The notes under the pieces are model-generated. The model did not search any database. It saw only the letters and a list, made by a program, of their open reading frames with translations, and was not told where the DNA came from. 64,000 nt of DNA from Nitrososphaerota archaeon (GTDB lineage Archaea > Thermoproteota > Nitrososphaeria > PSMU01), in contig PSMU01000001.1 in assembly GCA_040290255.1 (NCBI GenBank), positions 30,958 to 94,957 on the forward strand. The letters run 5' to 3'. Shown here piece by piece: positions 1 through 8,522 of this stretch. The position numbers were made by a program, and so were the translations under genes. Every line of letters begins with the position of its first letter. Within the stretch, counting starts at the first letter, position 1.

Positions 1-1170
1 GGACCTGATAAGGTTCTCGGCCACCTTGTCGGCCGACATGCCGCTCAGCTCGATCCAGAGCCTGCCGAAGAGCACACAGAAGACCACCAGAAAGGTGGTG
101 GAGGTTAGCGCCCTCAACGGGTCCTGCATGGCATCGAGCAGCGTCCTGGGGCTCGTTATGTAGTACACGAGCCCCCCCACGGGGCCCTTCTGGACGTTAT
201 TAGGGTCGAACCTTACAAGCGCGTTGATGAAGGCGTTGGCGCCGTTGGGGTTATACCTAAAGTAGAAGAACTGAGAAAAGAAGGTGATGTTAGTGATGAG
301 GGCAGCGGCAAGTATGACCGGCACCACGGAGACGTAGTCCAGCTTAAGGGGGAAGGTGGCCCTAAACCCCCTATACTGAGTCGAGGTGAGGGGTATCTCG
401 AGCCTTGCCGCCTCCAGGTAGATGATGAGCAGGATGACCACGAGCGTGATGGTTAGGGCAAAGACGCTGGGGGCCACATAATCCCTGAAGATGGCGTAGG
501 AGAGGCCGATCTTGGGCGCATCACCCAGCAGGAAGGGGACGAGGCCGTAAAACTCTATCCTGCCTCCGCTGTTCCAGGGGGCTGGGGAGAAGAGGTCCCA
601 GAAGAGCCTCTGCGCCACGCCGCCCATGATGAAGAGGCTAATACCGCTCCCAATCCCCCAGCCCTTCTGCACTACCTCATCCAGCAGCATGACGATGACG
701 GTGGCGGCTACAAGCTGCAGCACGATCACCACCGCCGCTGAGGGGGAGATCTGGCCCACGGGCCCGAAGAGCCCGCCCAATGTGTAGGCAAGTGCCTGCG
801 CCACGGCCACGAGGATCGTCAGGAACTTCGTGAAGGCCGTAAACAGCGCGCGGTCCTCCGGCTTGGTGAAGTCCAGCCTCATCAGCTCGGAGCCGGCCAG
901 AAGCTGGGTTATGAGGCCCGCGGTCACGATGGGGCCTATGCCCAGCTCCAAAAGGCTGCCCTGCTGCGATGCGAAGATCACCCTGGTGTAGGTCAGGTAG
1001 TCGTTCTGGCTGGGCGCCACGCCAAAGAGCGGCACCTCGCCCATGACCAGATATATCGCGAGCGCCAACAGGGTCCAGAGCAGCTTCTCCCTGAAGGAGG
1101 GGCGCCTGGCGGGCTTGGCCACCTCGGGCAGCACGGTGGCCACGGTGCTGATGAAGTCCCTGAAGCCCAT
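1..1170 (-). CDS. secY: Preprotein translocase subunit SecY (3' part runs off the window)
   Basis: Own translation of the minus strand from ATG at 1170: MGFRDFISTVATVLPEVAKPARRPSFREKLLWTLLALAIYLVMGEVPLFG...GIGPIVTAGLITQLLAGS... It is multi-TM and lies directly downstream of uL15, as in archaeal spc clusters. It is absent from the ORF track because it is open at the window edge. Confidence 0.9.
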   Translation of the reverse strand, partial: MGFRDFISTVATVLPEVAKPARRPSFREKLLWTLLALAIYLVMGEVPLFGVAPSQNDYLTYTRVIFASQQGSLLELGIGPIVTAGLITQLLAGSELMRLDFTKPEDRALFTAFTKFLTILVAVAQALAYTLGGLFGPVGQISPSAAVVIVLQLVAATVIVMLLDEVVQKGWGIGSGISLFIMGGVAQRLFWDLFSPAPWNSGGRIEFYGLVPFLLGDAPKIGLSYAIFRDYVAPSVFALTITLVVILLIIYLEAARLEIPLTSTQYRGFRATFPLKLDYVSVVPVILAAALITNITFFSQFFYFRYNPNGANAFINALVRFDPNNVQKGPVGGLVYYITSPRTLLDAMQDPLRALTSTTFLVVFCVLFGRLWIELSGMSADKVAENLIRS

Positions 1171-1171
1171 G

Positions 1172-1597
1172 TCAGCCGATCACCAGCGTGCCCCCCACCT
1201 TCTCGACCTTCTCCTTGGCCCTGGAGCTGGCCGAGCCCACCAATATCTCATACCTTCCCTTCAACCAGCCCCCTCCCAGCAGCCTAGTGTAGCCCAGCGC
1301 GCGCAGGTCCAGCGTGGCCCTCTCCTCCTTGGGCGGCGCGCGGCCCGTTAGGCGATAGAAGAGGTCGTCCAGCTCGCCGACGTTGATGGCCCGCTCAACC
1401 CTGCGCCGCGGGGGGCGCATAGGATCCTTGCCGAAGTGCTCGGGCATATACTTAAGCGTGTACTGCCACTTGTGCTTGTGCAGCCCCGCCTTGCCCCTGC
1501 CTCCGCGCCCGCCCGCCTTCCTGTGCTGGCCCGACGTCCCCCAGCCATGGGTCCTGCTGCCCCGCAGCTTTCGGACCTTCCTTAGCCTGGTTGGCAT
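1172..1597 (-). CDS. rpl15: Ribosomal protein uL15
   Basis: ORF 1172..1669. Internal Met25 (MPTRLRKVRKLRGSRTHGWGTSGQHRKAGGRGGRGKAG) begins just after the uL30 stop. Gly/Arg-rich uL15 N-terminus; synteny uL30-uL15-SecY. Confidence 0.9.
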   Translation of the reverse strand: MPTRLRKVRKLRGSRTHGWGTSGQHRKAGGRGGRGKAGLHKHKWQYTLKYMPEHFGKDPMRPPRRRVERAINVGELDDLFYRLTGRAPPKEERATLDLRALGYTRLLGGGWLKGRYEILVGSASSRAKEKVEKVGGTLVIG

Positions 1598-1604
1598 TCT
1601 ACTT

Positions 1605-2069
1605 CTAAACCATCTTGGGCAGGAGCTTTTTAAGCTGAGGGTTCTTGCCGAGCACGCCGCCCTCCTCATAGAGCTTCTTGATCGAGCGCCGGTAGCCCCC
1701 TCGCGGCGGGTGCAGCGCGAAGAAGGGCTTGAGTGTGTCGAGCTTGGCGAGCTCTACCTTGCCCTCCAGCAGGGCCCTCGCCAGGTCCTTTATGTCCCTG
1801 TAGCCCCACTGCTTTACTGTATCCTGCGTCAGGGGCTTTCCCCCTCGGGTCTGCGCCCTCCTCTCCAGCAAAAGGGAGACCATCTCCTCGTCGGCTTCCG
1901 ACCACATCACATAGCGCTCAACCCTCTTGAGCATGCCCAAGACCGAGGGAGAGGCCCTCACCAGCGAGGCCGTGTAGGGCCTGCGCAGCCTGAGCAGCGA
2001 AAGGGTATAACTGGCCTGCTCGGTCGCGTTAACGGCCCCCCTTACCCTCACGACCAGCAAGAGGCTCAT
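1605..2069 (-). CDS. rpl30: Ribosomal protein uL30
   Basis: MSLLLVVRVRGAVNATEQ... is a typical archaeal uL30 start. The gene sits between uS5 and uL15. Confidence 0.9.
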   Translation of the reverse strand: MSLLLVVRVRGAVNATEQASYTLSLLRLRRPYTASLVRASPSVLGMLKRVERYVMWSEADEEMVSLLLERRAQTRGGKPLTQDTVKQWGYRDIKDLARALLEGKVELAKLDTLKPFFALHPPRGGYRRSIKKLYEEGGVLGKNPQLKKLLPKMV

Positions 2070-2710
2070 CCCCTCCTCGCCCCAACGAAGTCATGTAGGT
2101 TTACGAGCGCGTCGTAAAAGGCAAAGGCCGTGGAGATGATCGTGCTCGTATCGCCGAAGGTCTTGCTCCAGACATCCTTAATGCCCGCCAGCCTTAGCAG
2201 CTGCTTTAGCAGCTCGCCGGCCACCAGGCCCAGGCCCCGAGGGGCCGGCAGCAGGATAACCCTGACGCTTCCGGCCTTTCCCTCCGTCCTTAGGGGCAAG
2301 GAGTGGGGCTGGCCACAGCGGCACTCCCAGCTCCCGCAGCCCACATGGACGGGTATTATGTTCAGCAGCGCCTCGTTCGTCGCCTTCTCTATGGCGAGCC
2401 TTATCTGCGGCGCCTTCGCATGGGCCACCCCGAACCACTCCTTCCTATCGCCCACCGCCACCACGACGCTGAAACGTGTCAGCTCCCCTGCATCGGTCTG
2501 CTTCTGGACCACCCTCACGCCCACCACCTCCGACTCCACGTCGGGCAGGAGCGCCTTGACGACCTCGGGCTCCTGAATCCTGTAGCCGTATGCGAAGACC
2601 TCGGCAAGAGAGGTTATCTTGCCCTGTGCGACCAAGAGCCCCAGTTTCGAGCGGGGCTGCCAGGCCGCCTGCTCAGCCGATTGAGCGGGGAGCTGGCCCA
2701 TGCTACTCAC
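2066..2710 (-). CDS. rps5: Ribosomal protein uS5
   Basis: VVGVRVVQKQTDAGELTRFSVVVAVGDRKEWFGVAHAKA... is the uS5 core. 4-nt overlap with uL30. Confidence 0.92.
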   Translation of the reverse strand: MSSMGQLPAQSAEQAAWQPRSKLGLLVAQGKITSLAEVFAYGYRIQEPEVVKALLPDVESEVVGVRVVQKQTDAGELTRFSVVVAVGDRKEWFGVAHAKAPQIRLAIEKATNEALLNIIPVHVGCGSWECRCGQPHSLPLRTEGKAGSVRVILLPAPRGLGLVAGELLKQLLRLAGIKDVWSKTFGDTSTIISTAFAFYDALVNLHDFVGARRG

Positions 2711-3281
2711 GCCTTATCGCCTCCAGCACCCTCTCCACCTCCTGTTCATACTGCAGGGGATCGCCGCCCCTCTTCAACAGGTCAGAGAACCTGCTCTGGT
2801 ACAGCTCGGGCGATTCGGCCCTGAGGGCCTGGGCATAGGCCTGTATGTGCTTGCCCTTCAGCCTATCTTCGGGGGGCAGTACCGAGGGGTCCGCCCTTAT
2901 CTTCAGTCCCGCGGCCAGCGCCCCGGCCATGACGGCCGCGGCCCTCCCCCCTGGCGTGAAGGGCCTTACGCCCATGTATAGGATGGCCTCGCCAACGTTC
3001 TTCTTTAAGGCAAGCTTGCCCAGCAGGTAGCCTATTAAGTAGCAGGCCGGAGTTGACTTCAGCGAAAGCCGCCAACCATACTTGAGCAACCGCTTCGAGT
3101 GAACCGCCACGAGCACCCTATCGCCGCCCAAGGAGGGCTGAAGGAGCTGGGCGAGCACATATCGGTTGCTCGCCCTGACGCTCAGCAGGGGGAGCCGGCC
3201 CAGCAGCGCCTTGGCCCTCTTCCTATAGTCCGTCTTCCCCTGCCTTCTCCTCCTGAAGAGCGGTACGTGATTGGGCGCCAA
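2703..3281 (-). CDS. rpl18: Ribosomal protein uL18
   Basis: N-terminus FRRRRQGKTDYRKRAKALL is the archaeal uL18 signature. Synteny eL19-uL18-uS5. Confidence 0.92.
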   Translation of the reverse strand: MAPNHVPLFRRRRQGKTDYRKRAKALLGRLPLLSVRASNRYVLAQLLQPSLGGDRVLVAVHSKRLLKYGWRLSLKSTPACYLIGYLLGKLALKKNVGEAILYMGVRPFTPGGRAAAVMAGALAAGLKIRADPSVLPPEDRLKGKHIQAYAQALRAESPELYQSRFSDLLKRGGDPLQYEQEVERVLEAIRRE

Positions 3282-3283
3282 GG

Positions 3284-3709
3284 CTATCGGGCCGCCTCCG
3301 CGATCAACTGCTTCAGCTGACGCTGCGTCCTTATCTCGCCTCCCTTGATCTTATAGTAGAGCCTCCAGTATGTGTGCCGGTCGAGCTTGCCCTTCCTTTT
3401 GGCCTCCTTGAGCAACCTTCTCAGGCCCCTTACCCTGAGCACCCACTGCCTCTTCCTGCCCAACCTTGCCGAGGCGGGCCCCTTTCGGGAGCCCGGGCCC
3501 CTTCTCCTGCCCCTTCTCTGCCGTGCACGGCCCCTGGAGGGGGAAGCAGGCCTCTCCACCCAAACCGCGCCGCTCTTGAGGAGCCCCCTGAGGCTGTCCT
3601 TGGTGATCGCATCCCTCACGTCCTCGAGGGCCTCTGGGTCTATCCTCACCCTGCTGGCGCCCACGCCCAGCATGCGCGCGATGAGCCTCTTCTTGGCCCT
3701 CAGGTTCAC
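3284..3709 (-). CDS. rpl19e: Ribosomal protein eL19
   Basis: MNLRAKKRLIARMLGVGASRVRIDPE...; basic protein. Synteny eL32-eL19-uL18. Confidence 0.92.
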   Translation of the reverse strand: MNLRAKKRLIARMLGVGASRVRIDPEALEDVRDAITKDSLRGLLKSGAVWVERPASPSRGRARQRRGRRRGPGSRKGPASARLGRKRQWVLRVRGLRRLLKEAKRKGKLDRHTYWRLYYKIKGGEIRTQRQLKQLIAEAAR

Positions 3710-3710
3710 C

Positions 3711-4046
3711 TCACACCACCGGGTTGAGCACCCTAAGGCCCAGCTCCCTGGCCTTGGCCAGCAGGACCAGCCTCTTCCTCCTGCCCACGCCGTGCGCTAT
3801 CCTCACCGCGTGAAGCTTCGGGTCAAGATTCGTAAGCTCCTGCTCCGCGTGCACGAGCGCCTCGCGCAGCCCCGAGGGGTGTAGGCCCCTCGCCCGCTTG
3901 GGCTTACGATGGCCGATGTCGACGACCTTGGGCCACCCCTTCCTCCTCAGCCTCATCTTGCTGCTGATGCCTCGCGGGCGCCTCCAGGAGCCCTTCACCC
4001 TGGCATACCTCCAAGACTCCTGTCGGACGAAGTCCTTCTTGGCCAC
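3711..4046 (-). CDS. rpl32e: Ribosomal protein eL32
   Basis: FVRQESWRYARVKGSWRRPRGISSKMRLRRKGWPKVVDIGHRKP matches the eL32 pattern. Synteny uL6-eL32-eL19. Confidence 0.9.
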   Translation of the reverse strand: MAKKDFVRQESWRYARVKGSWRRPRGISSKMRLRRKGWPKVVDIGHRKPKRARGLHPSGLREALVHAEQELTNLDPKLHAVRIAHGVGRRKRLVLLAKARELGLRVLNPVV

Positions 4047-4621
4047 TACATGCCCACCTCCTTCTTGTAAATATAGATGCCGTCCAAGAAGACCCTGGGG
4101 TCCTTCCTCCTTATCCTCGTGGCCCTCTCGATGTTGGCGGCCGTCTGCCCCACGGCCTCCTTATCTATTCCCTTCACTATTACATCCTCGTCCTCGACCG
4201 AGACCTGGCAGGAGCCCACGATCCTAGCCTTCCTAGGAGAGCGCTCTCCTAGGAAGTTCTCGATGATGACCTGCCCATCGGAGACCCTGACGGTGGGCGG
4301 GAAGTGCGCGAAGACGACCTTCAGCCGATAGGTGTAGCCCTTGGTCACGCCCGTGAACATGTTCTCGACGTGGCTTTGCGCGGTATAGACCAGGGCCTTC
4401 CCCCTCCTTCCGCCGCGCAGGGAGCTTATGCTTAGCCCTCCCTCCCCCAGCTCGAACCGCACCGGCACCTTAGAAAAGTCCTTCGACAGCGCCCCCAGGG
4501 GGCCCCTAACCTCGAGCCTTGAGCCCTCCAGCCGTAGCTCTATGCCCTGAGGTACGGGCACCACCACGCTCACAGGTTGCCCAGAGGGCCGCGCCCTGGC
4601 CAGCGCCTGGCTAGTAGACAT
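4046..4621 (-). CDS. rpl6: Ribosomal protein uL6
   Basis: ORF 4046..4636; likely start at Met6 (MSTSQ...). [29 protein letters not shown] shows the two-repeat uL6 fold pattern. Confidence 0.9.
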   Translation of the reverse strand: MSTSQALARARPSGQPVSVVVPVPQGIELRLEGSRLEVRGPLGALSKDFSKVPVRFELGEGGLSISSLRGGRRGKALVYTAQSHVENMFTGVTKGYTYRLKVVFAHFPPTVRVSDGQVIIENFLGERSPRKARIVGSCQVSVEDEDVIVKGIDKEAVGQTAANIERATRIRRKDPRVFLDGIYIYKKEVGM

Positions 4622-5003
4622 ATCCCAGCAGGACACCTCCTAGGCCCCTCTCCCTCGCTTCAAGGTGGGTCATCACGCCCTGGGGGGTCGAGACGATTAG
4701 GAAGCCGGTATTGACCGCCGGCAGGAACCTCTTCTCCCACTCCTCATAGGTCCTCTTCTTCACGGGAAAGCGGGGCGTGATCGCACCGCAGCCGTTGATG
4801 CGGCCGAGCAGCTGCACGCGGGCCTTCCCTCCTCTTCCGTCATCAATATACTCTATCTCGCCTACATAGCCCTGCCGCTGCAGGAGCCTGAGCACCTCCA
4901 GCGCCAGCTTCGAGACCGGATACACAAGGCACTCCCTATGGCGCCTGATGGAGGCGTTCTTGAGGCAGGCGAACACGTTGGGTATCACCGCCAGGGCCGG
5001 CAT
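4611..5003 (-). CDS. rps8: Ribosomal protein uS8
   Basis: [42 protein letters not shown] and the C-terminal GGVLLGYVY are uS8 hallmarks. Confidence 0.92.
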   Translation of the reverse strand: MPALAVIPNVFACLKNASIRRHRECLVYPVSKLALEVLRLLQRQGYVGEIEYIDDGRGGKARVQLLGRINGCGAITPRFPVKKRTYEEWEKRFLPAVNTGFLIVSTPQGVMTHLEARERGLGGVLLGYVY

Positions 5004-5009
5004 ATCGCC

Positions 5010-5177
5010 TCACTCGTACTTCCTGAAGCCCAGCGACTTGGCCACCTCTCGGAAGCAGTGGCGGCAGAGCAGTAGGCCGTACTTCTTTATGACCGCGTTA
5101 TACTGGCCGCAGCGCCGGCACCAGCGGGCCGACCTGCCATATAGGCGAGGCTTGCCATGCCTTAGCTTCCCCTTCAT
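5010..5177 (-). CDS. rps14: Ribosomal protein uS14 (type Z, zinc-binding), 55 aa
   Basis: Own translation; below the 60-aa ORF-track cutoff. [55 protein letters not shown], with a CxxC...CxxC knuckle. The gene sits between uL5 and uS8. Confidence 0.9.
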   Translation of the reverse strand: MKGKLRHGKPRLYGRSARWCRRCGQYNAVIKKYGLLLCRHCFREVAKSLGFRKYE

Positions 5178-5178
5178 G

Positions 5179-5709
5179 CTACGCCACCTCCACCCCCAGC
5201 ACGCCCCTGACGTACTCTATAGCTTCTTCCCTGCTTACGCGCTGCGGCCTGCCCACGCGCGACCTTGCCCTCCTCCTCCTGGCGACCCTGTAGCCGGGCC
5301 TTGCCAGCGAGACACAGACGTCCATGCCGAAGATGCCCACCTCCGGGTCATACTTCATCCCTGGGATCTCGATGTGCTCCTTTATGCCGAACGAGAAGTT
5401 ACCGCCCTCATCGAAGGCCCTGGCGGGGAGGCGCTTCCCCTTGGCCTCCAGCAGCCTCATCAACAGCGCCTGCGCTTCGCTCCCTCGGAGCGTCACCTTT
5501 ACCCCTATGTTCTCCCCTCTCCTTATGCCGAAATCCCTCACGCTCTTTCTAGCCCTCGTGGGCACGGGCTTCCTGCCCGTGAGCTCGGAGAGCACGCGCA
5601 GCGCCTTCTCCACCCTCTCCCCTGCCTGGCCCACGCCTATGTTGATGACCACCTTCTCGACGAAGATCCTCCTCATAGGGTTCTCCTGCTTCTGCTCAAC
5701 GAGCGCCAT
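5179..5709 (-). CDS. rpl5: Ribosomal protein uL5
   Basis: [22 protein letters not shown]...[23 protein letters not shown] matches uL5. Confidence 0.92.
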   Translation of the reverse strand: MALVEQKQENPMRRIFVEKVVINIGVGQAGERVEKALRVLSELTGRKPVPTRARKSVRDFGIRRGENIGVKVTLRGSEAQALLMRLLEAKGKRLPARAFDEGGNFSFGIKEHIEIPGMKYDPEVGIFGMDVCVSLARPGYRVARRRRARSRVGRPQRVSREEAIEYVRGVLGVEVA

Positions 5710-6113
5710 CAGGCCTTCACCTCCGCCCTCAGCTTGGCAAGCTTCTCCAGCTTCTCCTTCCTGCGTTTATCCTCCAAGTTCAGCCCCACCAGCGTAACCT
5801 TAGATGCGTGTATCCTGATGGGCACCGTCCTGCCCCTGCTGGTCTGTCTTGTGAGCCCCTCGATCGCGATCCTCCCCTCGCGCACGAAGACCCGCGTGAC
5901 CTTGCCCTCGAGTCCCTTATAGCCGCCCCTCATGACCTTGACCGTGTCGCCCGTCCTCACGCGCAGGCTCCTTATGTGATAGGTGGACCTGAGCTCCTTA
6001 GAGAGCGGCGCCCTGACCCACTTGCTCTTCTTGTGCAGGGGCGCCAGCAGCGCCCTCCTCCTAGATTTCGCCGGCTTCGAGGAGAGATCTCTGGGCGTGG
6101 GCATGGCGCTCAC
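5709..6113 (-). CDS. rpl24: Ribosomal protein uL24
   Basis: KOW-type block IRSLRVRTGDTVKVMRGGYKGLEGKVTRV. Lies downstream of uL14. It abuts uL5 directly, so no eS4 gene lies between them. Confidence 0.9.
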   Translation of the reverse strand: MSAMPTPRDLSSKPAKSRRRALLAPLHKKSKWVRAPLSKELRSTYHIRSLRVRTGDTVKVMRGGYKGLEGKVTRVFVREGRIAIEGLTRQTSRGRTVPIRIHASKVTLVGLNLEDKRRKEKLEKLAKLRAEVKA

Positions 6114-6114
6114 C

Positions 6115-6549
6115 TCAAATGATGATGCTGGCCAGCGCCGCCAGCCTTGGGAAACGCTGGGCCGCCTCGGCCGCCACGGGGCCCTTGATCTCCGTCCCCT
6201 TTAGCTCGCCCTCCGGCGTCAACAGCACGGCCGCGTTATCCTCAAAGCAGAGCCTCACGCCGCTTCTCCTTCTTATCGGGTACCTCTGCCTGATCACGAC
6301 CGCCGGGAAGATCTGCTTCCTCAGCTCGGGCGAGCCCTTCTTGACCACGGCGATGATCTTATCGCCTACGGAGGCGCTGGGGATCCTCCTGTGGCGGCCC
6401 TTGTAGCCAGAAACCTGTATGAGCTGCAGGAGCTTGGCGCCAGAGTTATCGGCGCATACGAGCAAGGCCTTCATGGGCAGAGCCCTAGTAACATACGGCT
6501 TGTACTCCTCGACGCCCTTGGCCGCGACCGCCCTGCTCTTTTTAGCCAT
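6115..6549 (-). CDS. rpl14: Ribosomal protein uL14
   Basis: LLVCADNSGAKLLQLIQVSGYKGRHRRIPSASVGDKIIAVVKKG is the uL14 core. Confidence 0.93.
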   Translation of the reverse strand: MAKKSRAVAAKGVEEYKPYVTRALPMKALLVCADNSGAKLLQLIQVSGYKGRHRRIPSASVGDKIIAVVKKGSPELRKQIFPAVVIRQRYPIRRRSGVRLCFEDNAAVLLTPEGELKGTEIKGPVAAEAAQRFPRLAALASIII

Positions 6550-6880
6550 GGACCTCGCCCTCCAGCCTGCTCAAGACCACATGGGCCACGGTCTTCGCCA
6601 GGGGCCTGCATTCGCCCGCTAGCACTAGGTCGCCTTCCTCGATCTCGAGACAGGGCGGCACGTGCACGTGTATCCTGCTCCTCCTTCTCTCATACCTCTG
6701 AAACTTCTTGACATAGTGAAGGTAATCCACCTGCATCACCGCCGTGCGGGGCGCCCTGTACTTTATTATGATGCCGCGCCTCAGCTTGCCCCTGATGGAC
6801 AGCTTGCCATGGTAGGGGCATTCTGGATCCGAGCAGCTCGCCGTGGGCGGCTTAACTTCTATGCCTATGTTCCTGGCCAA
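6542..6880 (-). CDS. rps17: Ribosomal protein uS17
   Basis: CSDPECPYHGKLSIRGKLRRGIIIKYRAPRTAVMQVDYLHYVKKFQRYERRRSRIHVH is archaeal uS17. Confidence 0.92.
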   Translation of the reverse strand: MARNIGIEVKPPTASCSDPECPYHGKLSIRGKLRRGIIIKYRAPRTAVMQVDYLHYVKKFQRYERRRSRIHVHVPPCLEIEEGDLVLAGECRPLAKTVAHVVLSRLEGEVHG

Positions 6881-6886
6881 CCCGCC

Positions 6887-7156
6887 TCACCTCAGCATCC
6901 TTATGCGATCCTCGGGCCTCCTCAGGAGCGCGGGCCCCTCCAGCACCACCTCCTCGCCGTCCAGCTCGAAGGAGAGCGTGCAGACCGCCTTTAGAAGGCG
7001 CCTCCTGCCGCGCTCCGTCTCAAGCAAGAACGTATTCTTGGTCTCGTCCACGATTAGGCCCTCTAGGCCCACTAGGGAGGGGTCGCTGGAGTCCGCAACC
7101 TTTACCCTAAGCCCTATCAGCTCGTGGGCAACCAGGTTCGCCTTGCTCCTCCTCAT
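6887..7156 (-). CDS. rnp1: RNase P protein component 1 (Rpp29/Pop4 family)
   Basis: ELIGLRVKVADSSDPSLVGLEGLIVDETKNTFLLETERG is an Sm-like Rpp29 pattern. Canonical position between uL29 and uS17. Confidence 0.85.
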   Translation of the reverse strand: MRRSKANLVAHELIGLRVKVADSSDPSLVGLEGLIVDETKNTFLLETERGRRRLLKAVCTLSFELDGEEVVLEGPALLRRPEDRIRMLR

Positions 7157-7350
7157 AGCTTTACCCCTTTCTCCCTGAGCAGCGTCAACACCCTCGCTAT
7201 ATCCTTTCTGACGCTCCTCACTTTGCCGCTCTCCTTCCCCAACGAGCCTCGCGCCTGCAGGGCCCTAAGCCTCAGCAGCTCCGCCCTAAGGCTCCTCAGC
7301 TGCTCCAGCAGCTTCTCCACATCAAGCTTCCTTAGCTCCCTCGCCTTCAG
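7153..7350 (-). CDS. rpl29: Ribosomal protein uL29 (start codon uncertain; no in-frame ATG/GTG/TTG before the conserved N-terminus)
   Basis: Own translation: (L)KARELRKLDVEKLLEQLRSLRAELLRLRALQARGSLGKESGKVRSVRKDIARVLTLLREKGVKL. The stop forms an ATGA overlap with rnp1. The frame opens right after a TGA. GGAGGTGA (7357..7364) lies 6 nt upstream of CTG 7350. Confidence 0.8.
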   Translation of the reverse strand: MKARELRKLDVEKLLEQLRSLRAELLRLRALQARGSLGKESGKVRSVRKDIARVLTLLREKGVKL

Positions 7351-7969
7351 CGGGGCTCACCTCCGTAACGGGCGGCAGGGGTGCCATCTCGAACTCCTTG
7401 GGCAGCTTATCCTTGTAGGCTATCGTCACCTTGATGCCGTAGAGGCCCGGCTTGAGCAGCACGTGTCTGACGGCCGACTTCACGGCCACTTCCCTCGGGT
7501 AGCCGCTCTTAGGTATCTCCCCGGCCCTGTACTTCTCAAACCTGGAGCGCTCGGTCCTCAGCTTGCCCGCGACCCTTATCTCTACGCCCAGCGCCCCGGC
7601 CGCCATGATCGTGTTGAGGGCCCAGGTGATCACACGCCTGAACGGTACCCCCCTCTCTATCTGCTGGGCGATCCTATTGGCCATCACCCGCGGCTCTAGC
7701 TCCGGTACGGGCACGTCCACGACTGAAATGTAGATGGGCTTGTCCAGCTTGAACCTCTGGTTTATCTTATCCGTCAGCTCCTTTATGCCGAAGCCCCTTC
7801 TGCCAATGACGAGCCCGGGCTTCGCTACGTAGAGGGTGACATTGATGTTGAGCGCCCTCCTTTCTACGTCTAGGCCCAGGTAATCGGCGCTGCCGAGCTC
7901 CTCGCTGAAGTACTCATCGAGCTGCCGCAGCAGGTCGTAGGAGTTAAGCACGTGCTTGACGTAGCTCAT
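7322..7969 (-). CDS. rps3: Ribosomal protein uS3
   Basis: KH domain block (LVIGRRGFGIKELTDKI) plus the uS3 C-terminal domain. Synteny uL22-uS3-uL29. Confidence 0.93.
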   Translation of the reverse strand: MSYVKHVLNSYDLLRQLDEYFSEELGSADYLGLDVERRALNINVTLYVAKPGLVIGRRGFGIKELTDKINQRFKLDKPIYISVVDVPVPELEPRVMANRIAQQIERGVPFRRVITWALNTIMAAGALGVEIRVAGKLRTERSRFEKYRAGEIPKSGYPREVAVKSAVRHVLLKPGLYGIKVTIAYKDKLPKEFEMAPLPPVTEVSPAEGEGAKEA

Positions 7970-8481
7970 GCCTTGGCGGCCTCCTGAGCCACCAGCTCCA
8001 CGTGCACCAGCGCGCGGTTCCTAGGCGAGGAACGGCCGAAGGCCCTGGGCTGAAACCTCTTCAGCTTAACGCCGGGGTAGGCGGCCGCGTGCACGATCAG
8101 CAGCCTTTCCGGGCTCAGGCCCTTATAATCGGCGACGGCCTCAAGGTTATCGAGCAGCCCCAACAGCTTCTTGGCCACTTTTTGCGGGAAAGCTCCGCTA
8201 TGAAAGCCCTCTAGGCCCCTCCTGTGGCTTCCCTCCTTCTTATAGCGCCTAAAGGCGATCGGCCTCCTCAGCCTTAGCACCTCCTCCAGCAGCGCCCTGG
8301 CCCTGTCGAGGCTCAGGCCCTTTAGGGCCCGACAAACCTCCCTCGCATCCTTAGGGCTGATATCGACCTCCCTAAGGCTAACCCTCACCTGGGTCGAAGG
8401 GTCATAACCCTGGTAAGCATAACCAAATTCCGGCACGCGGTTCGCACGAAGCTGTCCATATTTAAGTGTTCGAGCACGCAT
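7966..8481 (-). CDS. rpl22: Ribosomal protein uL22
   Basis: VRVSLREVDISPKDAREVCRALKGLSLDRARALLEEV is archaeal uL22. 4-nt overlap with uS3. Confidence 0.9.
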   Translation of the reverse strand: MRARTLKYGQLRANRVPEFGYAYQGYDPSTQVRVSLREVDISPKDAREVCRALKGLSLDRARALLEEVLRLRRPIAFRRYKKEGSHRRGLEGFHSGAFPQKVAKKLLGLLDNLEAVADYKGLSPERLLIVHAAAYPGVKLKRFQPRAFGRSSPRNRALVHVELVAQEAAKA

Positions 8482-8522
8482 AGAAACCTATTTTAAATGC
8501 CCTAAGCCTCAGCACCCGCGCC

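Noticed and set aside
4948-5922. Long ORFs antisense to, or out of frame with, the ribosomal-protein, exosome and E2/E3 genes. Examples: 4948..5922 (+) 324 aa, 1383..2117 (+), 3372..3884 (+), 8673..9365 (-), 11730..12578 (+), 18822..19613 (+), 19621..20112 (-).
   Set aside because: They lie opposite strongly recognisable conserved genes. Their translations are Pro/Arg/Leu/Ala/Gly-rich low-complexity strings without motifs. Such shadow ORFs are expected in GC-rich DNA, where stop codons are rare.
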